NCBI GenBank assembly: GCA_902600895.1
Contig: CACKLF010000002.1
Span: 11,030-75,029 of the forward strand
Direction: 5' to 3'
DNA from: an uncultured Alphaproteobacteria bacterium
GTDB lineage: Bacteria > Pseudomonadota > Alphaproteobacteria > Rhodobacterales > Rhodobacteraceae
Length of the DNA stretch: 64,000 nucleotides
This document shows, piece by piece, positions 19,125 to 28,190 of the stretch (within the stretch, counting starts at the first letter, position 1; every line of letters begins with the position of its first letter). Below the pieces are notes generated by a model. The model saw nothing but the letters and a program-made list of their open reading frames with translations. It was not told the DNA's origin and did not search any database. The position numbers and the translations under genes are program-made.

Positions 19125-20020
19125 CTATGCTCCCAAAAGTATACAGTTGCAGGTTCTGGTTCCCACACCTTAGCCGTTTCAATTTTTGGTAAATGAGAAA
19201 GAGCTCTGTATTCGGAGCCAAATGCCACATAACTATCGGTCTCTGCCAAGATTGCAGGCTTACACGCTATCGGATCTCTTAATACGCCAAAGCCTTTCTC
19301 AGTTCCAACAACAAATGTATAAAAACCATCCAAATCATTTAGAGAAGACTTGAGGGCGTCACGTAGGTTCGCACCATTATTCATTTTGTCTGTTAAGTAG
19401 GAAGCAGCAACTTCACTATCATTTTCTGTTTCAAATGATATGCCCCCATTTATCAACCCCCGCCTTAAGCTGTTGTGATTTGATAGTGATCCGTTATGAA
19501 CAAGACACTGATCGGTCCCAGTAGAGAATGGGTGTGCTCCCAAAGTTGTTACAGCGGACTCTGTCGCCATTCTGGTATGCCCAATACCATGGGAGCCCGT
19601 CATCTTTCGGATATTAAACCTTTCTACAACGCTTTCAGGCTCTCCAACTTCTTTATAAATTTCAATATTTTTTCCAATACTCATAATCCTAATTTTAGGA
19701 AAATTTAACTTCATATCGTGTAAAGCTGTCCGAGCACTTTCTTGTTTAATTAATAATACTGCATGGGTGGAGTTTACCTTCAATCTTGCAGAAGAGTAAT
19801 TTTTCTTTTTGAGGAAGGTGCTTAAATTAGGAAAATCAGTTTCTGACATTTCTGACTGAATGGTGACCTTAATTAGCGATGACTCTTTTTCAGAGTAAAT
19901 GGCTACTCCAGCGCTGTCAGGGCCACGGTCACTCATCGTTATCAACATATCACCAAGCAAATTCCCTAATCTATTTTCGATGGGTTTTTGTTTTGCAAAT
20001 AGACCAATTATTCCGCACAT
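19121..20020 (-). CDS. Class II (Ntn) glutamine amidotransferase (N-methylglutamate synthase subunit A-like)
   Basis: The N-terminus MCGIIGL puts the nucleophile Cys right after the initiator Met, so the start is moved to 20020. The track starts two codons earlier. Ntn-amidotransferase fold motifs are present (RGPDSAG, HTRMATES). Confidence 0.8.
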   Translation of the reverse strand: MCGIIGLFAKQKPIENRLGNLLGDMLITMSDRGPDSAGVAIYSEKESSLIKVTIQSEMSETDFPNLSTFLKKKNYSSARLKVNSTHAVLLIKQESARTALHDMKLNFPKIRIMSIGKNIEIYKEVGEPESVVERFNIRKMTGSHGIGHTRMATESAVTTLGAHPFSTGTDQCLVHNGSLSNHNSLRRGLINGGISFETENDSEVAASYLTDKMNNGANLRDALKSSLNDLDGFYTFVVGTEKGFGVLRDPIACKPAILAETDSYVAFGSEYRALSHLPKIETAKVWEPEPATVYFWEHR

Positions 20021-20063
20021 ATTCACTCCGTTATCAATTTAGGAACAGAAATTGTAGTGGCTA

Positions 20064-20669
20064 TCATATAAGATCAGGAAGGCCCTTAACAACACCTTCT
20101 TGAATAAATTCTGCCTTATATGGAGGTCGAGTGAAAACGTCTTTAATCATTGGCTCAAAGAATTTTAGCGACTTGCTTTCATAATTTGGATCGAACGCTT
20201 TTTGGTCCCAACGTTCACAAAAGTCTGAACATGATTTGAAATAGATATTATCCTTAAATTTGTCTCTGGCATTCTTATCCCATCCATAATGGTGTGCATA
20301 ATAAATCATTTGGAATATTCCATGGTGCTCTATAACCCAGGTAACTTCTTCTCTAAGGTATGGTCTCACAACTTCTGCTGAAAATCTATCGTGATTCTGG
20401 GGTGCAAGTGAATCTCCAATATCGTGAAGTAGGGCTCCTACGACCCAATCGAGGTCTGCACCTTCTTTGTAAGCTCGAGTTCCGGCTTGGAGGCCATGTT
20501 CCAATCTAGTAATTTTATATCCTTCCAAGGTGTTCTTGCCCTGTCTCTCAAGCTCCTGAACTATTCTCTCATATGTTAAGGCGACATAGTTTTTTTCTAA
20601 TTTCTGCAAGAGTAAGTAATCATCTTTGTCTCCATATTTCATCTCGGTAAACTTGACTAAATCATTCAT
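20064..20669 (-). CDS. HD-domain protein of the PhnZ/TmpB-like (COG4341-type, putative mixed-valent di-iron oxygenase) group
   Basis: 201 aa. Ligand pattern H ... HD ... H ... HH ... D (ITRLEHGLQ, ALLHDIGD, QNHDRFSAE, VIEHHG, ERWDQ). The LEHxLQ ... LLHDxG spacing resembles PhnZ as I recall it. It lies 43 nt upstream of the mgsA-like gene on the same strand. Confidence 0.55.
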   Translation of the reverse strand: MNDLVKFTEMKYGDKDDYLLLQKLEKNYVALTYERIVQELERQGKNTLEGYKITRLEHGLQAGTRAYKEGADLDWVVGALLHDIGDSLAPQNHDRFSAEVVRPYLREEVTWVIEHHGIFQMIYYAHHYGWDKNARDKFKDNIYFKSCSDFCERWDQKAFDPNYESKSLKFFEPMIKDVFTRPPYKAEFIQEGVVKGLPDLI

Positions 20670-20886
20670 TATAATTCTCCTATGAATTATTTTTTTGTTA
20701 TAGTTTTATGTGACGTAATTCACTCCGATAAATTTTTTACTCTTTTAAAAGGAACCAACATTTTATCAAAGCACGATAAAATTACCAAGTTGTTTGTTAC
20801 TATGAAGATAATATATTGCATTAGTAGAGAATTCTGAAATTGTATGTGGTAGAAGTATTAGATTAAGTGTATTCTATTAATGGAGG

Positions 20887-22110
20887 TTGAATTCATTGAA
20901 AAACAATAGCTATAAAAATAGTGAAACTGCTCCACCAATTATGCAGGGTTCGCCTCCACCAGAAAAATATAGGCTGCCTTTTATTGATTGGGACAGACCT
21001 CCCTGGAACCGGTGGTCATTCCAGCGGGTTTCAGAGTTTCTTCCAACTGCCCAGATCCGCAAAGGTGAAGTTGTAAGTGTATTAGAGTATAATCCTTTAA
21101 GTATTGGTGAAATAAAGTTTAATGATCACAAGGGTCATGAAAGAACGATCGTAGAATTTTTAGAGGACACCTATACTGACGGTTTTATAATTATGAAGGG
21201 TGATAAAGTTATCCATGAGAGTTATTATAATGGCATGGATAAGAGGACACTCCATTTGTGCCAATCAGTATCAAAATCAATATGTGCAACTGCTGGAGCC
21301 AAATTAATTGAGGATGGACTCTTAGATCCAGATGAATTGGTAACAAAGTATTTACCTGAATTGACTAAAACAGCTTGGAGTGGATCAAAAATTCAACACG
21401 TTCTAAATATGACAAGTGGAGTTAAGTTTGTAGAGACATATGATGATCGCGAAAGTGATATTGGAAAAATGGACTATGCCTCAGGTTGGAAACCTTTGCC
21501 TGATGGAATAAATGGTTCCAATTGGCCAAAAAATATATGGGACCAAATTTTAAGTTTAAATACTCAAGAAGCTGAGCATGGCGAAAGGCATGAATATCGG
21601 TCGATTGAGACGGATATTTTTGCTCATGCTATGGAGAGAGTGACCGGAAAGAGATTACCACAAATTATTTCTGAAAATCTATGGACTCCAATGGGTGCAG
21701 AGGAAGATGCAAACATCACGGTAGATAATAATGGATATGGTTTGGCTTGCGGCGGTCTTAGCGCATCTTTACGAGACTTAGCAAGATTTGGCGCAATGAT
21801 GCTTCATGATGGTTCAATAAAAGGAAAACAGATAATACCAAAAAGTTGGGTTAAGGACGTGAGACATGGAAAACATGGATTGCCTTTAAGTAAATATTTT
21901 CCTAATGGAACTTACAGAAATCAATTTTGGGTGGAGGATAGCAATTTTGGTTCACATTATTGCATTGGCGTTTTTGGTCAACTTATTTATGTCGCCCCTC
22001 AAAGTAATATGGTGGCAGTAAAATTTTCAACATGGCCCACTTTCAGCAATGAGGAATTTATGGAATATACTGTTAAAGCGCTTCATGCCATAGCGAAAGA
22101 ATTAAATTAG
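20887..22110 (+). CDS. Beta-lactamase-fold serine hydrolase (NylB / 6-aminohexanoate-dimer hydrolase-like)
   Basis: SxxK motif in LCQSVSKSI and an N-terminal PPWNRWSF segment common in this family. The start is uncertain: TTG 20887 or 20896, or ATG 20941. Confidence 0.7.
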   Translation: MNSLKNNSYKNSETAPPIMQGSPPPEKYRLPFIDWDRPPWNRWSFQRVSEFLPTAQIRKGEVVSVLEYNPLSIGEIKFNDHKGHERTIVEFLEDTYTDGFIIMKGDKVIHESYYNGMDKRTLHLCQSVSKSICATAGAKLIEDGLLDPDELVTKYLPELTKTAWSGSKIQHVLNMTSGVKFVETYDDRESDIGKMDYASGWKPLPDGINGSNWPKNIWDQILSLNTQEAEHGERHEYRSIETDIFAHAMERVTGKRLPQIISENLWTPMGAEEDANITVDNNGYGLACGGLSASLRDLARFGAMMLHDGSIKGKQIIPKSWVKDVRHGKHGLPLSKYFPNGTYRNQFWVEDSNFGSHYCIGVFGQLIYVAPQSNMVAVKFSTWPTFSNEEFMEYTVKALHAIAKELN

Positions 22111-22136
22111 TCAGAAAAGGCTACTTTATATACAAG

Positions 22137-23270
22137 ATGTTACCCAGTCAGAGACACTTATTTGATATTCCTAATGACGTTGTATATTTAAATACGGCAT
22201 ATATGTCGCCATTATTAAATTCTGTTGTTGAAGCAATCGATGGTGGAACTAGAGCAAAAGCGAGACCATGGAACATAAAAAGTGAAAATTTTTATGACAA
22301 CATTGACATCGCTAGAGAGTTATTTTCGCGACTTATCAATACAAGTTTCAATAACGTAGCCATTGTTCCTTCAGCTTCTTACGGTATTCAGGTAGCTGCT
22401 AATAATATTAGAATTGAACAAGGAATGAAAATTTTGCTGTTGAAGGACCAATTTCCTTCAAATGTCTATCCTTGGCAAAGAGTATCAGAAAAGACAGGAG
22501 GTGAAATACTCCAAGTTCAGCAAAGCACTGGCTTGAGTTTAACGGAGTCTGTGCTGAATAATTTAGATGAAAAAGTTGCAGTGACGGCTCTTCCAAATGT
22601 TCTTTGGACAAATGGTACTTCTATAGATTTAATGCAAATAAGAAAACGTTGTGATGAGGTGGGGTCTCGTTTAGTATTAGACCTAACCCAGTCAGCTGGT
22701 GCAATGTCAATTGATTTTGACAAAGTGAGGCCTGATTTTGCAGTAGTGGCAAATTACAAATGGATGCTCGGTCCTTACACCACAGGTTTTTTATTTGTAT
22801 CTCCATATTATTTTGAAGGGGTGCCACTTGAAGAAGGTTGGATTACGAGGAAAGACAGTAAAGATTTTTCAAATTTAATTAATTATACGGGGGAATATGA
22901 ATTTGGTGCAATACGATTTGATATGGGGGAAAGGTCAAATTTTGCGTTAATACCCGGTGTTATAGCGGCATTAAAACAGATAAAAATTTGGGGTATCAAC
23001 AACATTGAGGAAAAATTAAAGATTCAAAATAATTTTATAGGCAGTCAATTGAAAAATTTAGGTATTCAATTAATAGATGAGAAACAAAGGGCACCTCATT
23101 TCTTAGGAGCTATCTTACCAACAGGAACGAGACATGATTTGATATCAAAACTAGCAGAGAAAAATATTTATGTGTCTGAAAGGGGTGGAACTTTAAGAAT
23201 CACACCTCATCTTTGGAATAGCAAAAAAGATTTTGAAAAGTTCATTTCTGAGTTAGCACAGCTGCTTTAA
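22137..23270 (+). CDS. Class V aminotransferase-fold PLP enzyme (cysteine desulfurase/selenocysteine lyase-like)
   Basis: 377 aa. The N-terminal VYLNTAYMSP, the DLTQSAG segment, and a likely PLP-lysine region (ANYKWMLGP) are typical of the aminotran_5 fold. Function not assignable. Confidence 0.65.
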   Translation: MLPSQRHLFDIPNDVVYLNTAYMSPLLNSVVEAIDGGTRAKARPWNIKSENFYDNIDIARELFSRLINTSFNNVAIVPSASYGIQVAANNIRIEQGMKILLLKDQFPSNVYPWQRVSEKTGGEILQVQQSTGLSLTESVLNNLDEKVAVTALPNVLWTNGTSIDLMQIRKRCDEVGSRLVLDLTQSAGAMSIDFDKVRPDFAVVANYKWMLGPYTTGFLFVSPYYFEGVPLEEGWITRKDSKDFSNLINYTGEYEFGAIRFDMGERSNFALIPGVIAALKQIKIWGINNIEEKLKIQNNFIGSQLKNLGIQLIDEKQRAPHFLGAILPTGTRHDLISKLAEKNIYVSERGGTLRITPHLWNSKKDFEKFISELAQLL

Positions 23271-24382
23271 ACTCCTTTGGAAATTCTTTCCAATAGCATT
23301 TCATTGGATCCGTCCATAAGTGAAGCCATTTGGGCGGCTGCAATGTATTTTGAAAAAGGATATTCTTTTCGAAAGCCCTCTGCCCCCATTTTATGAAGAA
23401 GTATGGGAAAATGATTTTGACATGCTTTTGTTGAAAAAGCTTTAGCTTTAGCAGCAGACAGCTGTAGGTCTTTATTTTCAGAGGCCTCTTTTTCGGCTTC
23501 TTTAACTAATAGTTTTGCGGCAGTAAAATCAACTTCAGCTTCAGCTATTGCAAACCTCCACGCTTGATGTCGCTTTAGTGGGCTGCCAAATGCTGAACGT
23601 TTTGATCCATAATTTTTTGTAATTCTAAGCAGATTTTCCAACATATGACAGCACATACTGGCTACATAGATCCGTGCAAGATTTATTTCGTTCAAAACAG
23701 CCTTATATGCCGAGCCGGGTGGAAGGATAAGGTCTTGTTCTGTTGCTACATAATTTGTCAGTTCAAAGCCACCAGTTCCCATTGTATTTTGAGAATACAA
23801 ACTGTGGATTGGAAATCTTTTTATACCATTTCTGTTGAGATCTACTGCAAAACCAGCTATTCCAGTTTTGTCTCCAATGCTTTTTGTTTGCACATAGACT
23901 ATTGCAAGGTTAGCGTGTCGTCCGTTTACAATCCAAACTTTTTGACCGTTGATCTTCCATCTGTTTCCTTTTTTAGTAGCACTTGTTTTTAAAGAGAAAA
24001 AATCTGAACCAGTTTCTGCCTCTGACATTGCGGTACATGCACTTTCTCCATTAGAGTGAATACCTGGAAAAAAATGGTCTATGATTTTGGGTGGGGCACT
24101 TTGGGATAGCCGCAAAGCGGCACTGTGAGTGTTAATAATTGACATGGCAAACCCAAAATCAAAAGCTGACAAAACTCCAAAAACTTTTGAACGCGTTTTA
24201 AAATCAAGACCAAGTCCACCTTGTGATTCTGGGATTTCAATTTTTGTAAAGCCTGACTCAGCTGCTAATTGCCTCAATATTTTATGCTCTTTTGAGTCAA
24301 TGGTTTCTAAATTACAATTGATTAAATGCCTTTCACCAAACGCTTGAGCTTCCTCGATTATTGCATATTCTTGTGAATTCAT
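23267..24382 (-). CDS. Acyl-CoA dehydrogenase family protein
   Basis: About 371 aa from the internal Met (MNSQEYAI..). ACAD three-domain layout with a middle beta-domain (CTAMSEAETGSD, WKINGQKVWI) and a C-terminal helical domain. Its stop overlaps the convergent gene's stop (TTAA). Confidence 0.75.
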   Translation of the reverse strand: MNSQEYAIIEEAQAFGERHLINCNLETIDSKEHKILRQLAAESGFTKIEIPESQGGLGLDFKTRSKVFGVLSAFDFGFAMSIINTHSAALRLSQSAPPKIIDHFFPGIHSNGESACTAMSEAETGSDFFSLKTSATKKGNRWKINGQKVWIVNGRHANLAIVYVQTKSIGDKTGIAGFAVDLNRNGIKRFPIHSLYSQNTMGTGGFELTNYVATEQDLILPPGSAYKAVLNEINLARIYVASMCCHMLENLLRITKNYGSKRSAFGSPLKRHQAWRFAIAEAEVDFTAAKLLVKEAEKEASENKDLQLSAAKAKAFSTKACQNHFPILLHKMGAEGFRKEYPFSKYIAAAQMASLMDGSNEMLLERISKGV

Positions 24383-24451
24383 TTTTTTGTTGAATCTAAT
24401 TTTTAAACAGTAGGGCCTCAACTTTTACAAGCTGAACACGAATCTCTATGG

Positions 24452-25573
24452 CTAGTTTCCTTCAGGATAAAAATGTTTTCTCCAAGTATTAACTCTGGGG
24501 TTCATCACGCGTCTCCATAGTGTAGGTATAAGGCACATTGCAATCATTAGTGGATATCCAAACGGCAGCTGAGGTGCCTCATTGTTATCATATTTTTGGA
24601 GTAGAGGATATTCCCTATCAGGTTTGGCATGATGATCAGAATGAAGCTGCAAATTAATCAATAGAAGGTTACTTGCCGTGTGGTTTGCATTCCAACTATG
24701 GTGAGGTTTGGTAGGCTCATATTTTCCGTTGTTCATTAATTTTCGCGTTAATCCGTAGTGTTCAATATAATTGGCCATTTCCAAATGAAGCACGGCAACA
24801 AAGGCTTGTCCTAAAAACATAAGAACTCCAAAACTTCCACCAATCGTGAAAGACATAAGTAAAAAAAAGCAAGCCAAGAGTCCATATCTCCAAAAAGGAT
24901 TTTTAAAATTTGACTTGGATAGACCAATTTTTTCTAGTCTTGTTGTTTCTTCTTGCCAGGCAGATTTCAGGCAGGAGGGGATCACTCTCAAAAAAAAGGC
25001 AAAGAAGCTTTCGTTATATCTTGCAGTGACGGCATCCTTGGATGTTCCTACATATCTATGATGTACCAAAAGGTGTTCAGTTCTAAAATGACCATAAAGG
25101 GCCATTCCCATTAGGATATCTGCAAGCCATTTTTCCTGATGTGATTTTTGGTGCATCAGTTCATGTGCAAAGGTTATACCTACTGCTCCAGTTATCATTC
25201 CTTGAGCCATCATAAGGAATATACATTCCCAAATAGATAGGTGACTAAAGCTCGAAACTGCATTTATGCACCAGAAAATCAATATAAATTGTATGAGAGG
25301 CCATACCCAGAGTAAGGCCTTATAGTAGAACAAGTTGGTTTCATTATTTGGGTCGGGGCTTTTGATTGATATTTTAATTAGAAAATCACATATCGTTATA
25401 AAAACATACCCAAATATGGGTGCCATTAATATAGTATAACCTCCATAGAATGATGAGAGAACTATAATTGGAGCGAATATGAATGGAAGCGCAAAGGATA
25501 TTGCCGATGGGATTCCGTTAGCAGAGTTTTCTTGGGTCATAGCATCATCTTGGGTCATTGAAAAATATTGCAC
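24452..25573 (-). CDS. alkB: Alkane 1-monooxygenase (AlkB-type membrane di-iron hydroxylase)
   Basis: All four AlkB signatures are present: HELMHQ, EHLLVHHRYVGT, NYIEHYGL and LQLHSDHHA. There are about 6 TM helices. Confidence 0.8.
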   Translation of the reverse strand: MQYFSMTQDDAMTQENSANGIPSAISFALPFIFAPIIVLSSFYGGYTILMAPIFGYVFITICDFLIKISIKSPDPNNETNLFYYKALLWVWPLIQFILIFWCINAVSSFSHLSIWECIFLMMAQGMITGAVGITFAHELMHQKSHQEKWLADILMGMALYGHFRTEHLLVHHRYVGTSKDAVTARYNESFFAFFLRVIPSCLKSAWQEETTRLEKIGLSKSNFKNPFWRYGLLACFFLLMSFTIGGSFGVLMFLGQAFVAVLHLEMANYIEHYGLTRKLMNNGKYEPTKPHHSWNANHTASNLLLINLQLHSDHHAKPDREYPLLQKYDNNEAPQLPFGYPLMIAMCLIPTLWRRVMNPRVNTWRKHFYPEGN

Positions 25574-25766
25574 TTATTTGCTGTTTATTTACCATTAAGG
25601 ATCTTAAAATTAAAGTTAAAAAATTTTTCTGTAGAGAGATTAGCCAAAAAGGCTAATTGTATGGATGTATAATGGTAGAATGGTATAAAGAAATTGTTCA
25701 TGGTAAGATGATAATTGTGTAACAAACCTAAGAAAGGTTTGTTTTAGGCCTAGGTTCTTAAAAAAC

Positions 25767-26555
25767 ATGAAAGAGATAGCTAGTTTACCAATGTACGAGA
25801 GGGATGAGTTAAAAGGAGCCCATAGTGAATTGTGGTTACATATTCTTGATGGCTTTGAGGTAAGAAATTTTACTCAACCCAAAAAAATAATACTGGGAGG
25901 TGAAGGCACTAAAATTTGGATAAAATCTAATTTAATTTTAAGTCAAACCTGTAGTTATCCTTTTCGTACACATTTAAAAGATAAAGTTGCCTATGTAGGT
26001 ACACCAGTTTACGATCTCGAAGGTTGTCCCCCTGGTTATTACCGATCAGTGTTTATAACATCTCGGTATAATAAAGATCAGAAACCTACCGATTTAATCA
26101 ATAATACATTTGCAATCAATAGCTATAACAGCCAATCTGGCTATATAGCAGCATGCGAATATTTTCGTGAGTATAATTTGCGTTTAATCAATACATATGT
26201 CACAGGGTCTCATTTTAGTTCTGCGCTTTCGGTATACAAAGGCTTGTCTGATATAGCTTGTATTGATGAGATTTCATGGAAAATTATAAAAAAGTTTGAT
26301 AAATTTTCTTCATATCTGTCTGAAATTGGATGGACATCTCCCACACCAGCCTTGCCTATAATTACAGTGAAACATCGAAATCGTGTTGATGTGGTTTATG
26401 ACATAATGAATAATGCGATCAAAAATTTATCGACCCATAATGCAAAAATGCTGTTCTTGAAAGGTTTTACGTGGATAAATCCTGAGAGATATTTTTCAGT
26501 TCAAACGCCAAAAGATTTACAAAGAGCGGAAACACCTAATTCCTCAATGGTCTAA
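25767..26555 (+). CDS. PhnD/SsuA-like periplasmic-binding-protein-fold protein (Phosphonate-bd family), no signal peptide seen
   Basis: 262 aa beginning ..ASLPMYERDELKGAHSELW. I recognise this as the common N-terminus of orphan PhnD-like binding-fold proteins of alphaproteobacteria. No ABC partner genes are adjacent. Assignment is tentative. Confidence 0.45.
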   Translation: MKEIASLPMYERDELKGAHSELWLHILDGFEVRNFTQPKKIILGGEGTKIWIKSNLILSQTCSYPFRTHLKDKVAYVGTPVYDLEGCPPGYYRSVFITSRYNKDQKPTDLINNTFAINSYNSQSGYIAACEYFREYNLRLINTYVTGSHFSSALSVYKGLSDIACIDEISWKIIKKFDKFSSYLSEIGWTSPTPALPIITVKHRNRVDVVYDIMNNAIKNLSTHNAKMLFLKGFTWINPERYFSVQTPKDLQRAETPNSSMV

Positions 26556-27843
26556 TCATAAACGCTCGGAAATCATTAACGTTGGTTAAGGTAGGTCCGG
26601 TGATAAGCTGATCGCCAATAATCTTGAAAAATGAGTGGCTATCCGAATTTTTCAAGAATATTTTTGGATCTATGTTAATGCCATTTGCTTTTTTTAGAGT
26701 GGATGGCGTAACTATGGCTCCAGCAGCTGTTCCCTTCCCATCAATACCATCTGTATCTCCTGCCAAAAGTGAAATTCCGTCTCTTCCTTTTAAGAATATT
26801 GCTGCTGAAAGTGCAAATTCAGCATTGGGTCCCCCTATTCCACAGCCAGAAACTTTTACTGTGCATTCTCCGCCAGAAAGTAATAAAATTGGGCTATCAC
26901 CAGAGCACATCGTCCCCTGAATATCTATAGCCATCTTTGATAATTCTTTTCCTAATAATCGAGCATCGCCTTCTAAATTGTATCCTGCACATTTAACAGA
27001 ATAACCTAAAGATTCTGCATAAATTTTTGAGGCATCTATTGATTTTGTTCCACTAGCAATCACAATATTCTCTGTTCTTGAAAGGTATTTGCTATTGGAC
27101 GGCACTACTATGGGGTCTTCCCTTAAAAGATTTAAAGTTTGGTCTGAAATGGAAACACCATATTTTTTAAGTATTTTTAGTGCATCTAAACCAGAGGTGT
27201 TCTCAGCGGCGGTAATACCCGAAGCTATATCTGCTGGGTTGTCTCCTGGCACGTCAGAAATTATAAAACTCCTTACTTTTGCTGGAAAAATAATTTTAGA
27301 TAGTTGACCTCCTTTAATTTCAGACAGGTGTTTTCGAACGGTATTTATTTCCTTTATGGGAGCAGAATTTCTAAAAAGTATTGAAAATATTCTTTGTTTT
27401 TCGGCAAATGTCAGCCCTCTTCTCGGTTTGCAAAGAAGCGAAGATCCACCTCCAGAAATAAGGCAGTAAACACAATCCTCTTCTTTTAGTTTATTTACCA
27501 GTGATAGTATTTTTCTAGTTCCAATACGGCTATTTTTATCGGAAAATGGATGCCCAGCTTCCAATACTTCAATTCCATCACAAGCCACACCATGACCATA
27601 ACGTGTTAATGCTATACCATTACATGGTCCCCAGTAATTTTCTACTGCTTTTGCCATAGACGCTGCTGCTTTTCCAATAGCTATAATTAGTGGTCTTGAT
27701 GGAGTTATTTTTGGTAAAAATTCTTCAAGAATTTTTTCAGGTTTTGCAGAATTAACAGCAGTGCTAAATAAATCAGTTAAGAGACGCTTATCGTGAGTTT
27801 CAAAATTCATTAGTTTTACATGTTTTTTCATAATTAAAGACAT
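26536..27843 (-). CDS. Glycerate 2-kinase / hydroxypyruvate reductase-like protein (DUF4147 + MOFRL, TtuD family)
   Basis: 435 aa. IAIGKAAASMA near the N-terminus, LISGGGSSLL, and the C-terminal LLSGGECTV ... GGPNAEFALS ... DTDGIDG are typical of the MOFRL glycerate kinase family. The 3' end overlaps the convergent gene by 20 nt. Confidence 0.8.
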   Translation of the reverse strand: MSLIMKKHVKLMNFETHDKRLLTDLFSTAVNSAKPEKILEEFLPKITPSRPLIIAIGKAAASMAKAVENYWGPCNGIALTRYGHGVACDGIEVLEAGHPFSDKNSRIGTRKILSLVNKLKEEDCVYCLISGGGSSLLCKPRRGLTFAEKQRIFSILFRNSAPIKEINTVRKHLSEIKGGQLSKIIFPAKVRSFIISDVPGDNPADIASGITAAENTSGLDALKILKKYGVSISDQTLNLLREDPIVVPSNSKYLSRTENIVIASGTKSIDASKIYAESLGYSVKCAGYNLEGDARLLGKELSKMAIDIQGTMCSGDSPILLLSGGECTVKVSGCGIGGPNAEFALSAAIFLKGRDGISLLAGDTDGIDGKGTAAGAIVTPSTLKKANGINIDPKIFLKNSDSHSFFKIIGDQLITGPTLTNVNDFRAFMIRPLRN

Positions 27844-27954
27844 TCAATTATGTGTAATTTAAATAAAATTAAACAACCCTATCTCATAAAGGCTGTTTTT
27901 TTTAATTGGGAACTTTTATATATAATTAGCTTGAAAACTTAGTGTTAGTGTAAT

Positions 27955-28115
27955 ACGGTTCTCGAAAGTATCGGGAGAAACTGGAAATCAGTGCCGAAGG
28001 AGCAACCGCCCCGGAAACTCTCAGGAAAAAAGGACCGTTACTTTTTTGAACTCTGGAGAGAGACCGAGTTGGTCCGCCGAAGGGATAATGATCTCAGGCA
28101 AATGAACAGAGGGGG
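27955..28115 (+). promoter_or_regulatory. Tandem glycine riboswitch (two aptamers) in the gcvT leader
   Basis: Aptamer 1: CGGGAGAAA..GUGCCGAAGGAGCAACC..CUCAGGAAAAAAGGACCG. Aptamer 2: CUCUGGAGAGAGACC..GUCCGCCGAAGGGAUAA..CUCAGGCAAAUGAACAGAG. Both carry the conserved GGAGA / CCGAAGG(A/G) / CUCAGG..A..GAC cores and sit directly upstream of gcvT. Edges are approximate (+/- 10 nt). Confidence 0.9.
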
Positions 28116-28190
28116 TGTCAACTAAAATGCGCAATGGCGTATATTGGTTGGTTTGCCGGTTTAATAAATTTATATAAGTGGAGAAAAATT

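Noticed and set aside
17114-20020. Reading the split GltB-like trio as a second bona fide glutamate synthase.
   Set aside because: A complete gltBD pair is present at 43182..49394. The three-polypeptide layout with a separate GXGXG subunit, and with no NADPH small subunit, matches the mgsABC/glxBCD type. It is therefore reported as N-methylglutamate-synthase-like with unknown substrate.
28134-28190. The ATG at 28134 as the gcvT start (track model).
   Set aside because: It adds about 19 residues (MAYIGWFAGLINLYKWRKI) with no GcvT counterpart and begins only about 20 nt after the second riboswitch aptamer. The TTG at 28191, with an upstream GGAGA, fits better. Kept as an uncertainty in the feature note.
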